From assembly GCA_973895155.1 (NCBI GenBank), contig OZ316895.1, forward strand, positions 9,660,184 through 9,724,183: 64,000 bases of DNA. Reading direction: 5' to 3'. Position 1 is the first letter of the stretch. The number at the start of each line of letters is the position of its first letter. Of this stretch, positions 1 to 12,638 are shown piece after piece. Position numbers and translations under genes: made by a program. The DNA comes from Marsupella aquatica. Its lineage: Eukaryota > Plantae > Marchantiophyta. The notes below the pieces were generated by a model that did no database searches, was not told where the DNA came from, and saw nothing but the letters and a program-made list of their open reading frames with translations.

Positions 1-3000
1 ACGGCCGGGATGGCGCCGTCCTGGATGGCCTCCTCACGAAAGACGGCAAAGACGGCGCCGGCTTGGACGGCTTCTACACAGGGACGACACCCATTTTTTG
101 CTAAGGACGGCCAACTCCTTCCGCGCCGGCACGCATGAAAAACTCGAGGACGTCTTGGACGGCCTCCACATAGGGACGTCCGGTACGTCCACCCCGCCAC
201 GACCTAATGTGACGTCCGCGCCGGCCCAAACCTTTTTCTCCAGTTTTCTTTGAGGGACGTCCATGGCGGCCGGCAGTAGGGCGCGAGCTTCGACCCTCAG
301 TGCTCACTCGTTAGACCACCATTCGAGCTCATTTCAATTGCTATAGGAGCGCAGCTGCCTAGAGAATGTTCACCCCGATTTTGAACTGCTATTGATGAGA
401 CGTTGAGGAGTATTGGGTCATCGATGCTCTTTGATTTCTTGGAATTGAAGAAATTTCAATTTTGAGAGCTTCGCCTGATCAGAGCTCCTTCATTTCTATC
501 TCTTTTCAGTTCATTCCTTCTCCCATAGTAGCGCAGCTACCTTAGATCCCTGAGATTTCATTCTTGAGCCTCAATGCTTAACCGTTTTTAGGAGGAGAGC
601 TCTAGAGCCTTCTCAGATTTTCTGAGCTATGGCCACCAAAAGCTTACCAATTAGTAAGGCCATCAGGGTGACCTTACCTCCAGGTCCTAAGGCTTACTTT
701 AGACTCCTTAGTAACCTGGTAGAGATGGGCTTGAGTTCCTTACTTTTTCTTCCTTGGGATATGGTGCATGGGTCCATCATTGCCGATTTTCTTCGTCCAC
801 CCCGAGCTGGCACTTTTCGGAGTTCTACTAGAGGTTCAGCTGATGTGTGTACCACCGCCGTTGTTTCTGAGGTGTACCAGTTGAGCTAGGAGGGAGAGAG
901 ACTTATCTCTGTTGGAGAGGACTTGACTGTCCCCTATTTTAGAGGTACCAGGGACCGGAGGTCTGGTTGGAAGATTGATCAGTGCAGGAACCGGGAGTTA
1001 GCTCATCTACTTCGATTCCTTGTACCTATCTTTCATCCGACCAAACCCACCAGGGCTATGGTTTACTTGACCAGCTCTATCATTGTATCATGGACCGGCA
1101 AGAGGAGGATCAACTGGGCCTTAGCTCTTTCGGAGGTGATCGCCAAGCAGGTGGCTGTCTTGTCTACTACCGGTGATACCTATCTGACACCCTACTTGGC
1201 GCACATTTACTTTTCGAGAGGTTGCTTATTACCAGTGGAGCTGAGCCATTGGAGGAGGAGAGCGAGACACTTTGAGCTACCTCAGCCAGAGTTAGCAAGA
1301 GAGTTGACTCCACCACCGACGACATCTCCGAGACCCCCTCCAGTGGAGCAGACGACAGCACCAGATCTACCAGGGATGACTTCTCCCTCTTTCGTTGCTT
1401 CCACTTCTTATCCATCATGGACTGATTTTGTTGGTGATGCTGAGCGACTAGCTAGTGTGGCTGGTTTCAACCAGCATTTGGTAGATGAGGCCACTAGACT
1501 CTTGAGTTGTACCCCTCTACAGTTGCTTGACTGTATTCGTGCTTTGCTTTCTGAGTCTCGTACCGTCCCACCCCCTCATGTCTCACCCCCTGCACCTTCA
1601 CCACAGCCTGATCACCCTATGGATGTGGATGAGCCGGAGCTACCTATTGCTGACCCTTCACTCCCTTCTCCATCTCCTTTACCCCCTTCACCAGTACCCC
1701 CTCCAGATCCATTTTCCTCTATTGAGGATACCACCCTATCACCCCTTGATGATTCATTTCCCTCTCCTACCATGGAAGGAGATGAACCTATTCCTGAGCC
1801 TATTCCCGAGACTGAGCCTGAGCCTGAGACCATAGAGCCTCCCAGTGTACCATTTATAGCTCCTACCCCTTTGATGTCTCAGCCTCCTATTGTCTCTTCT
1901 GTTGCAGACATTGAGCCTCTTTTTGTCTTTCCCGCCCAGTTTGATAGGATGATTACGTCACTCATCGACGCACGCACTCCTCTTGCACCTCCTTTACCTC
2001 CACTTATGTTTGGTCGTGAGTCTTTTCCTTTTCCACACACCTACGACATGGTTCCGATTTCTCGTGGTATTCTATGGCTACCTATCGACAAGCTGAGATT
2101 ACCCACGATTGAGACTCCTGACCTTTGGAGTTGGGTTTATCATTGTAGAAAGGTCATAGCACCTTTCCCTCTTCCAGCTCCAGACATTCCATGGCCATTA
2201 GATTACTTTGTTTGGATCGGACCTGATGGACATCCCATCCGGAAGACCAATGAACCTCGTTTGATTCGTTACCGTGAGGACCTTTTCCGTCGACAGTATT
2301 TGAAGGGACAGAGGACCAAAGGGAAGATAGCCCTTGGTTATGTAGCTCGCCTCCCTTTACTTGTAGTCGACCCTCCTCCTATTATAGTATGAGATTAGTA
2401 TTTTATTTTGTAGACTTTTACTTAGCTTCGACCATTTGACTATCCCTTAGTCAAAGTTGACTTTTACTTTACTTAGTTTAGACTTAGGAAATGAAGAGGC
2501 ATGTCTCTTCATTCTCCTTAGCCCGTGGGCGATCTCATGTACTTATTGTGATACCAGTCTCATTTTGAGACACTGTGGATAGTTATTTGCATCTCCTCAT
2601 CTTGGAGTTTTGTCCCTTGTACGTGTAATGCAATTTTGCAAGGAAGATTTGCATACCTTGGAATTTGATACTTGTGCTAGGAGCATACCCCTCCTTCGTA
2701 TGGTAATGCATGTTGCAATTACCGTAAGAAGTAAAACCCATAAAAATACAGTTTGTGGAATGTATTAGAAGATCCGTTGGTCGGTGCCTAATCCAAACTA
2801 CAACATTTGTTGTCCAATTGTGTATTTACATGAAGGACTTATCTTTGGAAGATAAGTATTGCATGAAATCAAGAAAAGAGAAATCTATATGTTAAGAAGT
2901 AGCGACATTCTTAATTCACGGATTTGAAGTACCATTGTGGTATACTGAATGTGCATTAGTTTTTCTTTGGAATTGCGCATCGCTGAAGAAGAAAACATGT

Positions 3001-3482
3001 TGCCGGCATTTTAATGACACACTACTATACACACAATCTGAAACTTATCTTGGATTTTGTGAGCATAGACACTTTTTAAACATCGATTTATGATAGAAAC
3101 CTAGAGAGCAGTTATAGCAAGGTTATGTTTGACTTATCAACGTCTCAAATAATGCCATAGCTCTTTCTTAAGACATGGTGACGGAGTTAAATATTGCTAA
3201 ACTATACCTCTAAAAGCTCTAAGATTCTGTTATACAGCAAATGTCACTTTGTTCTTATTTTATTAATTCCTTGTGTTTTGTTTAAGATTCTATTTTTCTT
3301 ATAGATGTTGAGTACCATCTCTAAACCACTCAAAACACTTTAAAACATCTTTTCATCCCATTCTTGTTCTTCCACAGGAACGAACACCGAGTTTTTAGCA
3401 TATATTTGATAATGTTTGCTTTTGTTAGCATACGACAGTATTGTGCAAGACAGGAGGGTAGTCGATCCCCGAGTCGATCACA
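1..3482 (+). mobile_element. 3' part of an LTR retrotransposon (accessory ORF plus probable LTR end); 5' part lies outside the window
   Basis: Contains an ORF similar to the accessory proteins of the 31213-49966 element. Ends in an LTR-like terminus ...GAGTCGATCACA (3482), after which the sequence character changes. No TSD or partner LTR is visible. Confidence 0.5.
629..2392 (+). pseudogene. Retrotransposon accessory protein (plant-mobile-domain-like N-terminus, Pro-rich linker); one in-frame stop at 887-889
   Basis: ORFs 629-889 and 923-2392 are in the same frame. Motifs GLSSLLFLPW...VVSEVYQL...GWKIDQC...INWA...YLTPYLAHIY align by eye with the ORFs at 39550-40188 and 33051-34457. Confidence 0.6.
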
Positions 3483-6400
3483 TGCCAAAATATACAAAAT
3501 CCAGGTCATACACTAACTGAGCCTAAGCCTCTGCGGGGGCCATATCACTAATGATACCAGTATCATTCACATATGGGTCAGTGTGCCACAATCGGCACAA
3601 CTTTTGAGCGCGCTTTGCTTTGAAGGCCCAATCATGCTTGATATCTGCATCGGGGTGCACATCACAAGCCAGACACCTAAGGGAATGGGGATGGAGACAA
3701 CCCCCGGTGATCATCTCGCCCTGCACACCATCTACCAATCTGAAGAACAAAATCGCTGTTGGGTTCACCCTCTTACTCCAAAGAGTGTGCCTAGTCAACA
3801 AACGAGGAGGCACACACCCAAACAAACATAGAATGGGTCCTTTCAGAATGCCCATATATTCCAATTTCTCTTTCATTCTAAGTGCCTTAGCTTGGAGTGC
3901 GGCCAAAGTCCGAGAGCGGGTTGACACCATGGCTGCAGTAGCCTGAGTCTCACCTCGTACACAAAATGAAGGTCCTTGATACTGCGGTTGCTTTGTCACT
4001 GCAAACATAATGGAATCTGTCAGACATTCATTCAAGTATTGTAGAAAAACTCAATCTAAAGAACTCGGCTAACAAAAAGGCAAAATAGCACACAACTAGC
4101 CTACTTTCTGAGGGACTGCAAAAGATCCAAGTCACAGGATATCCATATGGTGAGCTTGATGTGTTTGTAACCTTTTCAGCCTTGACCTTCTTTGATATCC
4201 CGTCTAACTTCTCAGAAGTCACCACGTTCTTCAAATCAACATCGAGTGTTACCTGTGTAAAGAGAAGACATCGGGCAGTAAACAACGGGTGAAGCCCTTG
4301 AAACAACCTAAGATGGATACATCCTATCACAATCAACTCAAAGCATTTCCTCTCCAGCACGGGCTCCAACAATAAAAAAGAATGGGAACAAGACTGCTCA
4401 CCTGAAAGCTTAACTTGCATTTGTATCAGTTGTTGTCGCCTTGAGGCACTTTCAAGTGTCACCCTTGCTGTTCATTCCCGTGCTGATTGCAAGTGTGCTC
4501 TAAAGAAAATAACAATAGCTGTGTAGGAGAAAAAATGGGAGTGTCAAAATGGAAAGAAAATCCTGACAGCACAAAAACATATCACATGAGAGGAAAGGAT
4601 CCCGTCTATAAAGAATTGTAATGGTTACCTGAACTAGGCCTGCCAGTACCTCCTGCTCTTGCCCCGGCTAGCGGTGCAGTTGCCGCTATTTTGAGTTGGC
4701 GTCACAACAAATTGACAGGATTACCTGTACAAATTAAAGCAAGCGGAGTGTCAAAATGGAGAGGAAACCTGCAAAGCTCTTTGAATGTCATAGCAGATAG
4801 CAAGATAATGTCACAAGCCTAATAGCATTTGACTGAGAAATTATTGTTACTTGCACACACACACAAAATGGGATTACAAAGATTAGGGACCAATCACTGA
4901 GAGGAAGACAGACTGGCACCAATGATCTCCCACAATTAAAAAAAGGGAAAGGGAATGGTTACCTGAAATATAAACTTCCTCTAATACCTCCTACCGTCGG
5001 CCCCTTTTGAATGTTGCCTGCACAAATAGCAAGTTCAGGTCACCTGCACAAATGGAAACGAGGTCAATGTCAAAATTGAGAGGAAACCTGAAAGCACAAA
5101 ATATTGTCATCTACAAAGGGCAGATTCCGTCCGTAAAAAAATTAATCAACATTTTGTTTGCGGGGATGAAAGAAATGAGAGGAAATTACCTCTGCACCAC
5201 CAAACCGGCAAACCTCTGACCGCACCCACAAATCCCTGTAAGCGCTTTAGAGCGTCACTTCAACTAATGACTGCGACTACCCTCCCGCAAACTAAATGGA
5301 TATTGCCTGCAGAGATAAAAGTGTGTCATGATGGAGTGGACACCCTGGATGGTTACAAAGACATGTCACCTAAGAAGGGAATACTCTGTCCAATAAAATG
5401 GATCAACAATTAAACTTCATGTAGGTAGAAAGGAGAGAGGAAATGTTACCAGTCTCAGAGTTGAACTCCCCACGAATACTCCACAGTCACTATGGCCCAT
5501 CCACCAACAACCGATACGGTTGTGATCCTCAATGCCCAAAATGCTCTCTGGTCCTTTTAGTAAGAGTCCATAAACCTTGAAAGAAATTATCGTAGCACAG
5601 AATGGATCACAGTCACCTGCATGGACAATAGAAACCGGGCTGAAAAAATGTTGCATAAACCCAAAGGCCGATGACAACGTCACAAAATAATGCGACATGA
5701 CCTATCATGGCATTCTACATTTGGGTTTCACATGGAGGGATAACAGAAAGGGAAGCAAAAATAATACCTGATGCGGGACCTGATGAAGTCACCTTGATTG
5801 TCAAAACTTTTTGTCACAACAAATCAGCCCGGTCACACTGCGTGGACAACACAAAACACAATGTAAAACACTGCATAAACCTTCAACATTGGCACAAGAA
5901 ACTGTGGCCTATGATGGACAGACATAGCCCGACACAAAGAAACCTCGGATCAAGCTACAGGGATAAACCCTCAACCTAAACTTTCAGTTGCAATAGACGG
6001 AGGAATTTGCTTGCGCAAATGACTCACAAATGAACGAGCTCTGCAATGATGGCCAAAGAACAACCCACGGACAACCTGCACAACATTGAATGGAGGGCTC
6101 TTGGTTAGTACTGAGAAAGAAAGAGCACTGGCGGGCAACCCAAATCACTATGGGTCTAAGCGCGACCAGCGGCAATGGCGGGTAAGCAGGACAAGCGGTG
6201 CGATAGTAGACCGGTGTGGAGACTCAGTAAACCAAGCTAAAAAAGCTTCAATGGTGGTCACTGTTGTGGTCAATGAGAGGGCCAAGCAATGGCGGAAATG
6301 AGCTCATGGCGATGGCGTACCAAGTGGCGGACGAGAGTTGTGTGGGGAGTTGCTTGGGAGGACAAACGACAGGCGGGATGGAGGTGGAGGAGCGGAGGGC

Positions 6401-7669
6401 AAACCCGGTCCCGACTTGGCTGAGGCACACAACCTGGCTGCAATGCAATAGGGACGGGAATAGGGACAACAATCCACATTGTCAATGTGTATACTTATGC
6501 AGCTTAGTCCTGAGTTTCATCGACTACTGCAAGAATTGAAAACATTCTGAGTTAAGAGCTTCAAAGAAAGGCAGGAAGAAAGGCGAGGACACTAAGTACC
6601 ATTCAATCAAACTTGCCTTTGGGCTTGCATCCAACCCCTGCTCCAACTCCGCCTCCAATGCAAAATTGGGTTCAAAATGCAATCAGCAATGGCGTCGGTG
6701 ATGCCACAAACATAACAGCAACGCAAACTGGATGGCGAGGGTGGACGAGGTCCGACCACAAGCTGCGGCAATGGCAGAGAAATCACAAACAGCACTAGGA
6801 ACCTGAGGAGATGGCGGCCTAGGGTAGAATCTAGGCAGAATGAATTATCAAAGCAAGAGGGAGAGCTAGCGAGAGGGAGAGCCACCAAGAATGAGAGCCA
6901 AACAGGCTAGCTAGGGACCGAGACGACGACGGGGAGTGAAACTCCCAACAAGAGGCAAGAAGAACGAGCCAAGGAACAAGCCCTGCAATGAGCCAGGGTC
7001 TCGGCACAAGAGCAAGCGGGACGAGAAGCGGGATCGTGGAGCCAGGGGTGAGCGTAGGATGGACGCAGGAGCAAGCAAGAAAGCATAACCCATGATCAAT
7101 GCACAATGGGCCAAACCGTGCCCTAAACCCTAACAAACACATAGGGAGGGTGTCGCAGCCACACGATATGAGGGAGGAGCAATCCTCACAGTCAAAATCC
7201 ATGATCCGTGGCCCACCAAGGAAAAACCCAAGCCTCCGACCCCCCTCCCCCTCAGGCCCCCGCTCAGGTACCGTCTTCAGGCCCCTCTCACCCCTAACCC
7301 CAGTGACACTACTCAAAATCCCACCAAACTAAATCCCTGCCCCGCCCCACCCCAAACCCCTCAATTTGATTTCTCCTTAGTGTAGGGTAGTATTAAACTT
7401 TTAATGTTAGGCGGACATGTGTACTAGTTAGCACTAGACACGTGGACAAATCATATAGTGCCGCGTGTTGGGATAAATTAGACAACCCTTGCATAAATAT
7501 AATATGTTGTTGGATTCATAAACACCCTCTTTCTTATAAGAATTTCAAAAGAAAATCAAACACCTTGTTATCTTCTAACCCAATTATAATAATTAGTTCG
7601 AATTGAATTTAAAATACCCTTGCGCCGATTGCACGTCCTACCCGTATTATATAAGTTGAGGGCCCAGGG
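3483..7669 (-). mobile_element. Probable DNA transposon (right end CCCAGGG at 7663-7669) holding a degraded multi-exon minus-strand gene; left end outside the window
   Basis: The terminus and subterminal AAAATACCCTTG motif resemble the MITE at 17260-17555. It truncates the DNMT ORF exactly at 7670. Repeated splice-donor-like motifs (plus strand GGTTACCTG). No transposase motif recognised. Confidence 0.5.
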
Positions 7670-8586
7670 GCTGTGTCCTACACAAGTCCATGGCCACCTG
7701 CTGTGAATGCATATGAAGTAGAGTGGCTTACAAGAGTGGGTAATGCTCAACGTGGGCGCCCAACTGCATTGACCACTGCCAATGGGAGGTCTATCAGGTT
7801 GGGTCACACCCTGTGCATGACGCCCTAGATCCAAAATATCATCCACAACTAAGGCTGGTGAGCGTGGAATGCTATCAAATGTGCGCTTCAGCACCTCACA
7901 TGGGATCAAATTAGTCCACCACAAGCGTGGACGATGTGCACGAGAACCCACACGTGCAGCATCCAATAACACAGCAGGTCCAATCCAAGACCTCACCTGG
8001 TGAACACTGGCAACAATCCAACTACGATCATCACCTAACAATGGCACATTCTCCAAAATGTATGCTGGAGAATATGTCTGATATAGCTGGAGATGACGCA
8101 ACACCCGTAACATCTCCCAAAACAATACAGATCATGGATCATGAAGTCCATATCCAACGCCAGCCCTAGATTGGCCCTGACATGGCCAACCAACAATCAC
8201 CAAATCAATGGGGCCAACACGATGCAAATGATCTGCCCCAACAATAAAATTTCAGCAGGTAGTGGATGCTGATAACCACGAACAACATCCACTAGCAACA
8301 ACTATGGATATCTATCCACCAACATAGCCACATGCCGCAATGAGACCCTTTGTGTTGTCGCATCTGTCTTCACATACAAATAGCGATGCACAAGAATTCC
8401 TGCTTGAAGAATAGTAGCCAATCCAGTGCTAATCCCACCAAATAGATCCAACAAGCAAATACCCTCTGGTGGATACTGCCAAGCAATAGGAGTGGTATCC
8501 AATGGTGAAAGAGTCATCGGTCCATCTGCAAGAGACTGCTCTGCTCCTGACTGTGGAGTAAAAACATGATGCCATGCATGCGTCAT
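7670..8586 (-). pseudogene. C5 cytosine DNA methyltransferase domain (DNMT3/Dcm-like), retrotransposon-encoded, with stops and frameshifts
   Basis: Motif I LLDLFGGISTG (~8425-8457); motif IV IDLVIVGWPCQGQSRAG (catalytic PC at 8180-8185, hand-translated) followed by GLHDP*S.LFWE; motif VI YILENVP; motif VIII RAHRPRLWWTNL. Confidence 0.88.
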
Positions 8587-8849
8587 GTACCAATTGTGCT
8601 GCTGCCTGTGGCAAGGTCTGTCCTATGCCCATACCGGTGGCGCCACACTGCCAACAGGTAATCCTCGCATGATCTATTCCTCATGTGACTCCTCCAATGG
8701 TGGACATCTACTGCATGCGCATTACCCTCAATCAAATCATCAGGTCCAGTAATTACGCCACTAAATGCTGCCAAAGACAAGAGTGTGGATTTTGGGCCTC
8801 CCACAGGTCCACTAAATCTCACTGACAACTTACTCAATTGAGCATCTCT

Positions 8850-9250
8850 TGACTGCCAATCAGGTCTATATGACATTGATTCATCCCAAAAATCAAGAAT
8901 AAATCCCATGGGGTAGAGCACCAAACATCCCACCAACACATCATATGACTCTGCCTTAGTCAAAATAGCTCGCGCCTGTATTTGTGAGCTATCTGTAGCA
9001 TGACCTTCCTGAATCCTCAAATCAAGTGGTTCCTGGTGATATGTTGTGTAGGTGTAGGTCCCCTCAATGAAGTCTGAATGGGAAAGGGACAATCCTCCAA
9101 ATCCTTTGGACGCAATCCCAATCCACGTAAGGCAAACTTTTCCAACATTAAGGGTTGAGCACCAGTATCCAATAACACTCTCTCTGGCTGATATACTGCT
9201 CCAGAAGGCCCAACTAATCGAAAGATACCACTCCAATTATCCAATGACAC
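8850..9250 (-). pseudogene. Retroviral-type aspartic protease (frameshifted)
   Basis: VLLDTGAQPLML catalytic motif in ORF 9017-10114. C-terminal YDVLVGCLVLYPMGFILDF lies in the adjacent frame (ORF 8583-9236). Confidence 0.8.
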
Positions 9251-10137
9251 AACACTAGGTTTAAACCTAGTCCTCTCAAATGCAGGGCATGCTGGTAAAT
9301 CCACCAACCTCGTTGCTGTTGCATGCCATGTCTCACTAGTAGCAGTAGGTGGCATGGTCTTCACTACTTCAACACTGCAAGCTGCTTCTGCATGGGAAGC
9401 AACCACTGGAGTGTCCTCACAAAGTGTAGCTGCCAATCTGAACACTTCTATAGGACCAACTCCCAAGTTCAGCATGTCTGTTGCTGAAAATAATGGGGTG
9501 CGTACTATGGCAGTAGCCACCCCCAGCAAGGTACCTGTCATCCCTGCTGCATCACTACCTGATTCTGCCAACTTACCCACGCTAGGGTTTGTCCGAACCG
9601 GGTTCATAGAGGCAGTCTGAACTGTCTCTGACAATGTAAAAGACTGAGAAAGCTTTATCTGCTGACGTGCATCCCCCCTCTGTGGATCTAGCTCCACTAT
9701 TGCTCCTCGGGGCTCAAGAGCTTGGGTTGCCTCATGTGTCAAAGCTGCTGATGCATCAATATGTGTAGTGCCACACATGAATCCCATGGTGGCAAGGTCT
9801 CCATCAGCTCCATAAGATGTGGAAGGTCCATAGGATGTAGATGCCCCATCACCAGAAGTAGGTCTCACCTGGGAACTAGCCATGGCAGCTAGCTGTTGCT
9901 CCAATTGAGCAATCTTAGCATCCTTTGGATCTATGGTTACAGTAGGGGCAATCACCTCCTTGTCTCCCTGCATGTGGCATGCCACGACCACGTCCGCCAC
10001 CTCTATCTCCTCCTCCTCTTCCCTAATCATGTGTACGGGATCCTCCTCTCCATAACTCAGGATGGAGTGAGAAACACCTATCCTTGGTGTGTCCAGGAGC
10101 TCCACAATGATCACACTGATAAGGCGCTGATGCTCCC

Positions 10138-11302
10138 CTAATCCTCTATGATTTGGGCAATATCTCTATGCATGATCCCCACCACAGGTCCAACATCCTG
10201 ACTGTTGTCCAACAGAAGAGGGCACAAGTCTCTAGCTGGTAGACTCTCGTGCAGTAGGCTTCTCCTTGTGGCTCTTCCGTGCAGTAGGCTGTGGTGTGGA
10301 TGTAGATGTAGCCTTTGGTGCTTCCTTGGCAAATCCAGAAGTCACCACCTTCTCATTCACCATATTGAGCTCAACGCGCTCAGAAAGGGTAAAAACAACT
10401 GCTAATGTGGGATCTGCATCACTCAACAGAGTGACATCTCTCACTCTGCGTTGCAACTCTCTGTCCAAAATTGCATACCAAAACTGGACTGCCTGAGCCT
10501 CTATCACTCCGTTTGTGACAATAATCAATCTGTGCATACGAGTGTATGCCCCACGTAGGCTCTCTTTAGCCTTGCGTTGAAACTCCTGGAGACCCTTCAA
10601 CTTATCAGTTCTCACACCCTGATCGTTCTGCTTTAGTACCTCAAAGAATTCCACCACAGGGTTAAATGCTGGTGCAACTCTAGTCCTTGTCACAATCACA
10701 CCGGCAGGAGTAGCGGTGGATGCTGCTGGAGTGCTACTGGTGGATGGTGTGCCACTCTGGCTAGTGCTGCTAGAAGAAGCAACAGTTGTGGCAATGGGTT
10801 GGGCAGCCGCACTAGTGCCATAGGTGATGGACATGTAATTAGGCAACCAATGCTGCCTCCATGCCTCAATCTCAACCAAATGAGCCTTCCAAAATTCATG
10901 GTAGTCATCCATGGGTGGCCTCTTCAAATGCTGAAATAATCCCTTCCATGCCATGAAAGGGGTAAACAATGTGGCGTTACGCAATGTTTGCATATCGCAC
11001 CACGTATCAAACTCTTGGATGAAGTCATCCAGATCAATCGTGCCAACTGCACTAGAGTATCGTCGTGGGCCCTATGTAGCCCCGTACATCTCGTCCATAT
11101 CCCACAACAAAAGTGCAACCACCTGATGATGAGGAGAACTAGTCACTGAGTCCTCATTAGAATCACTGTCTGGAACTGCACTGCTGACTGCTACCAATGC
11201 CGTTGGCCAAAACTGCACCCCACTTTGAGTGAAACCGGTCCGTCGTCCATCGGGTAACCCAACAGCACCAGAAGAATCCTGGGAAGAATCCGTGGTGACC
11301 AA
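10138..11302 (-). pseudogene. Gag-like protein with zinc knuckle
   Basis: LQEFQRKAKESLRGAYTRMHRL...AVQFWYAILDRELQRRV capsid-like segment. CWTCGGDHA*RYC knuckle at ~10155-10195 (hand-translated). Confidence 0.7.
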
Positions 11303-11472
11303 CCTAACCTAATCTATCCCTAAGGGCAATTTTTCCCTGTCAGCAACACAAGCACTCACAATGGTGTGTTGGGCATCACTCCAACATCACCAGGAGAGAA
11401 ATACGTAGCACAACTAGAATGTCCGGTTGCAAACCCAAATCACTCCTATAGAATCAAGCGCCCACGCCAAAC

Positions 11473-12638
11473 TAACATGGCGCATAAACAGAAAGCATAA
11501 TTATGTGGAGAGGATTCAATCAACAAGAAGAGATTCACAATAACTCTCCACATCAATAGTGATCATACATCAATCAAACAATGTTCATAATGTTCAATGT
11601 AGGGCCTTCATAATAGGCCTATCAATGTTCAATGTTGTAGCTAAGGATCCATGCACAATTGGTTCAATCCATGCATCTAGATCTAGATGGATTCAGAAGC
11701 ATCAAAAACCCTATAGGAGCTTATGATTTGGCCCAAAATCAATGGCAATCTAAACAAATCAGAATGTGTATAAAATGCCTAAGTGCTCATTCCATCAACA
11801 TCAAAGTGGAAAGGAGTGTGTGTACACAAAAGCACTTAAGAACCACATAGTTAAGCATGTGGAGAAAGAATAACTTTGGGATGGGTGACCTCTCACTTGT
11901 AGTTATGCACCAAATTGGCCACTCCAATTTCAGCAGCTTGCAACTACTCCTCACATACCAGTTGGCCCGCCCGCTCTTGCTCCGCCCTCACGCCCCTCGT
12001 CCCGAGTAACCACGAGTTGCCTCGAAGCCTCCTAACAAACACGCGAACAGCAGCAACATACTATCCGTCAAATGGCAGCACAGATCCCAGATCAACACAC
12101 TGTCTCCTTGCAAAACGTTGAGCAATCTGTAAGACACAAACTGCAGCAGATTGAAATACTAACAATCTATTCAATATAATCCGAGCTACCATGGATCCAT
12201 GCAACAGCTTCAAACAATTTCCACGAGCCGTCGCCAACTCAATCGCCACGAAATGAACTTTTGTTTGCACAGTCCGCACAACAGAGTTCGCATCTGATCT
12301 TTCAATGTACTCTTCTCAACAATCAATTGGCACAACGATCCCGGTCAACAATACCCCATCGATCCCGCATCGATCCGATCACACATGTATGTCAAGCCAA
12401 CGCATGTTACACTCAAGGAATCCATGCTACATAGAGAGAGCTCTCAGCCACCATAGCCACCACACAAGCTCCCCTCTCCAAGGCTCAACATTGAAAGATA
12501 ACCTTTCAATGCCTCACAAGAGAGAACTACCCTCTCACACCAACCTAATGGAACCCTATTGGCTCCAATAGCACACATACAAAATGTACATACTCAACTA
12601 GCACTATATACTACAACAACATCTAGAATGGTGTGACA
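11473..12638 (-). repeat. Candidate 5' LTR of the DNMT-carrying retrotransposon
   Basis: On the minus strand it begins TGTCACACC (12638) and ends ...CATGTTA (probably a mutated CA end), followed by gtt and TGGCGTGGGCG (PBS-like). The partner LTR is not in the window. Confidence 0.5.

Larger units (their letters stand above)
7670..12638 (-). mobile_element. Degenerate LTR retrotransposon (probably Ty3/gypsy) with order LTR-gag-protease-C5 DNA methyltransferase, truncated at 7670
   Basis: Gag-like ORF, zinc knuckle, LLDTGA protease and DNMT motifs I, IV, VI and VIII are collinear on the minus strand. A candidate LTR and PBS lie upstream. Confidence 0.8.

Noticed and set aside
7670-8586. Bacterial restriction-modification methylase or contamination
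   Set aside because: It is continuous with the retroviral protease and gag, and sits among plant TEs and intron-containing genes.
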